Source: Octopus sinensis (Eukaryota). From it: a DNA stretch of 64,000 bases. The stretch covers positions 37,324,001 through 37,388,000 of the forward strand of contig NC_043004.1 of assembly GCF_006345805.1 (NCBI RefSeq). Reading direction: 5' to 3'. The notes beneath the pieces were generated by a model. It saw nothing but the letters and a program-made list of their open reading frames with translations, had not been told where the DNA came from and did not search any database. The position numbers and the translations under genes are program-made. Below, one piece after another: positions 63,905 to 64,000 of the stretch (positions within the stretch are counted from its first letter, which is position 1; each line of letters opens with the position of its first letter).

Positions 63905-64000
63905 AAACCATGTACAGAGATGTCGTCAGGAAGGTGAGAGTAAGCAGTAGGTACAGTAATGGATTTAGAATATCAGCAGGGGTCCATCAGGCTCAGTTCT
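63905..64000 (+). mobile_element. RTE RT fragment running off the window
   Basis: KVRVSSRYSNGFRISAGVHQ, similar to 6745-6810. Confidence 0.55.

Noticed and set aside
57311-64000. Exon 2 of V-ATPase E (expected IKHMMAFIEQEA)
   Set aside because: Not found by eye in this interval; probably lies beyond the window

Overview
Intron- and repeat-rich animal genomic DNA. The SINE/RTE-LINE families and very long TA/TG/TATG microsatellites suggest an octopus, which is an inference from repeat style and not a database match. The main gene is a complete Integrator complex subunit 6 (INTS6) on the + strand: 19 coding exons from 18964 to 50266, 2613 nt spliced (870 aa + stop), all phases consistent, with one GC-AG intron. 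The first coding exon of V-ATPase subunit E (MALSDADVQKQ, 57278-57310) starts a second + strand gene that runs off the window. The remainder is transposon debris: R4-like, HERO-like, RTE, CR1 and Jockey-type LINE fragments, tRNA-derived SINEs, two Tc1/mariner elements, piggyBac-type MITEs and a Mutator-like MITE in the INTS6 promoter. The most unusual structure is a ~4 kb inverted repeat (11364-15335). Each end carries an identical, outward-facing type I hammerhead-ribozyme fold followed by AATAAA, the layout of Penelope-like pLTRs. I found no rRNA, genuine tRNA gene or CRISPR array. Most ORFs in the supplied track are microsatellite or TE noise. Repeat boundaries are approximate unless a TSD or TIR is quoted.
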